Shown: positions 26,615 to 27,492 of the stretch, one piece after another
Position numbering within the stretch: the stretch's first letter is position 1
How the letters are laid out: every line of letters begins with the position of its first letter
Source of the DNA: a virus
Lineage: Duplodnaviria > Caudoviricetes
IMG/VR virus record: IMGVR_UViG_3300040985_000755
Span: 1-27,492 of that record
Strand: one strand, 5' to 3'
Length of the DNA stretch: 27,492 bases
Program-made: the position numbers and the translations under genes
Notes under the pieces: generated by a model
The model's database searches: none
What the model was told of the DNA's origin: nothing
The model's input: the letters and a program-made list of their open reading frames with translations, nothing else

Positions 26615-27470
26615 TATTTAGTTTCCTCAATTTCTTCTCTATTGTTTGGTAATGTAGTCCTAGCTCCCTGCTCTTCTTCCCTATGGTGAGATCTTCTCTC
26701 AGTAACACTTCAAGCATAGCGTCTGTCCATACTATGGCCTTATTCACTGTAAGTTTAAGCTCCTTCTTATGTTTATTGAATAGGCTTCGAGATATACCAT
26801 ACTTATCTTCAAAATACTTGAAAGGTTTACCCTCTTTGTACTCTGATATTATATCATCTGTAAGATCAAATTTAACCAAGCCTCCACTGCTGTTACGAAC
26901 ACCTCTGTCTAACTTAATATTGTGTTTCTTCCTAAAATCAGAAGCAGTTTCTTGGCTGCACCCTACTAGCTCAGCTGCCTCTCTTATCATTAAAGATGTA
27001 TCTCTAAATATAGCTTCAACTTCATCGGTTATATTAAAACACATGTGACTGAAATCTTGTGGTAGGTTATCTATACCTAAATGTTTTCTTCGTCTACCCA
27101 CAGTGTTTCTATCCCTATTTAGCATCTTCGCTATAGTTATATTATTATGTGTTTCAAACAGTTTATCTTGTTCTTCTGACCATTGGTGGTAGCTTGCACC
27201 TTCACCACCTAGTGATACATTATACCCGTTAGGTGATACTGAGTTGAATAATTGTATAGCTTCTATCTCTAATTGGTCTATAGTTTCAGCATCGCCTACA
27301 CAGAGCAGCTCCATGCTGAAATTATCTGCACCGTACTTCTTAATGGCGCTATGTAATGCTGGGCAACCTTCTCTATTCTTATGTTGCTTGAATCTTTCTT
27401 CTGGTCTTATTGATACCCCAACGTACTTCTTCTCGTTAATATTATTATGTATTATATATAAGTATTTCAT
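26607..27470 (-). CDS. Free-standing GIY-YIG homing endonuclease with C-terminal HTH-like repeats
   Basis: 'YLYIIHN....KKYVGVS..PEERF.QH', catalytic Glu in 'LEIEAI' and 'GYN' motif; several short HTH-like modules follow; its stop overlaps the terL start (ATGAGTAA). Confidence 0.9.
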   Translation of the reverse strand: MKYLYIIHNNINEKKYVGVSIRPEERFKQHKNREGCPALHSAIKKYGADNFSMELLCVGDAETIDQLEIEAIQLFNSVSPNGYNVSLGGEGASYHQWSEEQDKLFETHNNITIAKMLNRDRNTVGRRRKHLGIDNLPQDFSHMCFNITDEVEAIFRDTSLMIREAAELVGCSQETASDFRKKHNIKLDRGVRNSSGGLVKFDLTDDIISEYKEGKPFKYFEDKYGISRSLFNKHKKELKLTVNKAIVWTDAMLEVLLREDLTIGKKSRELGLHYQTIEKKLRKLNNE

Positions 27471-27492
27471 CTACCCACAATCCCTCCAACGC

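Noticed and set aside
949-27048. All plus-strand ORFs in the track (for example 2150-2548, 5328-5696, 15908-16618, 26683-27048)
   Set aside because: They are antisense shadows of well-supported minus-strand genes, with no recognisable motifs; the codon bias of the real genes explains the open frames.

Overview
The window is the virion-morphogenesis region of a contractile-tailed (myovirus-type) dsDNA phage, and every supported gene lies on the minus strand. In transcription order (right to left) it holds: a free-standing GIY-YIG endonuclease, the terminase large subunit, the portal, an S49 protease with a nested scaffold, head decoration and major capsid genes, an inserted endonuclease cassette, a fibre/appendage module, a peptide-membrane protein-holin cassette, neck genes, sheath, tube, a tail chaperone with a -1 frameshift, the tape measure, and baseplate genes ending in a truncated baseplate J-like gene. 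Several things are missed by the ORF track. (1) A 251-nt ORF-less group I intron splits the terminase Walker A motif, next to a free-standing GIY-YIG gene. (2) A Vsr/DUF559-like nuclease cassette is bounded by a duplicated 27-bp terminator and has its own sigma70 promoter and a three-way-junction leader RNA whose loop can pair with the nuclease Shine-Dalgarno. (3) A 22-aa basic peptide gene sits directly upstream of a multi-pass membrane protein and a holin-like gene. (4) A protein with 19 exact 22-aa repeats may be a ruler for a polymeric fibre. (5) A 454-bp terminase-portal spacer contains tandem promoters and 20-bp repeats. Protein functions come from motifs and gene order only; no database searches were run.
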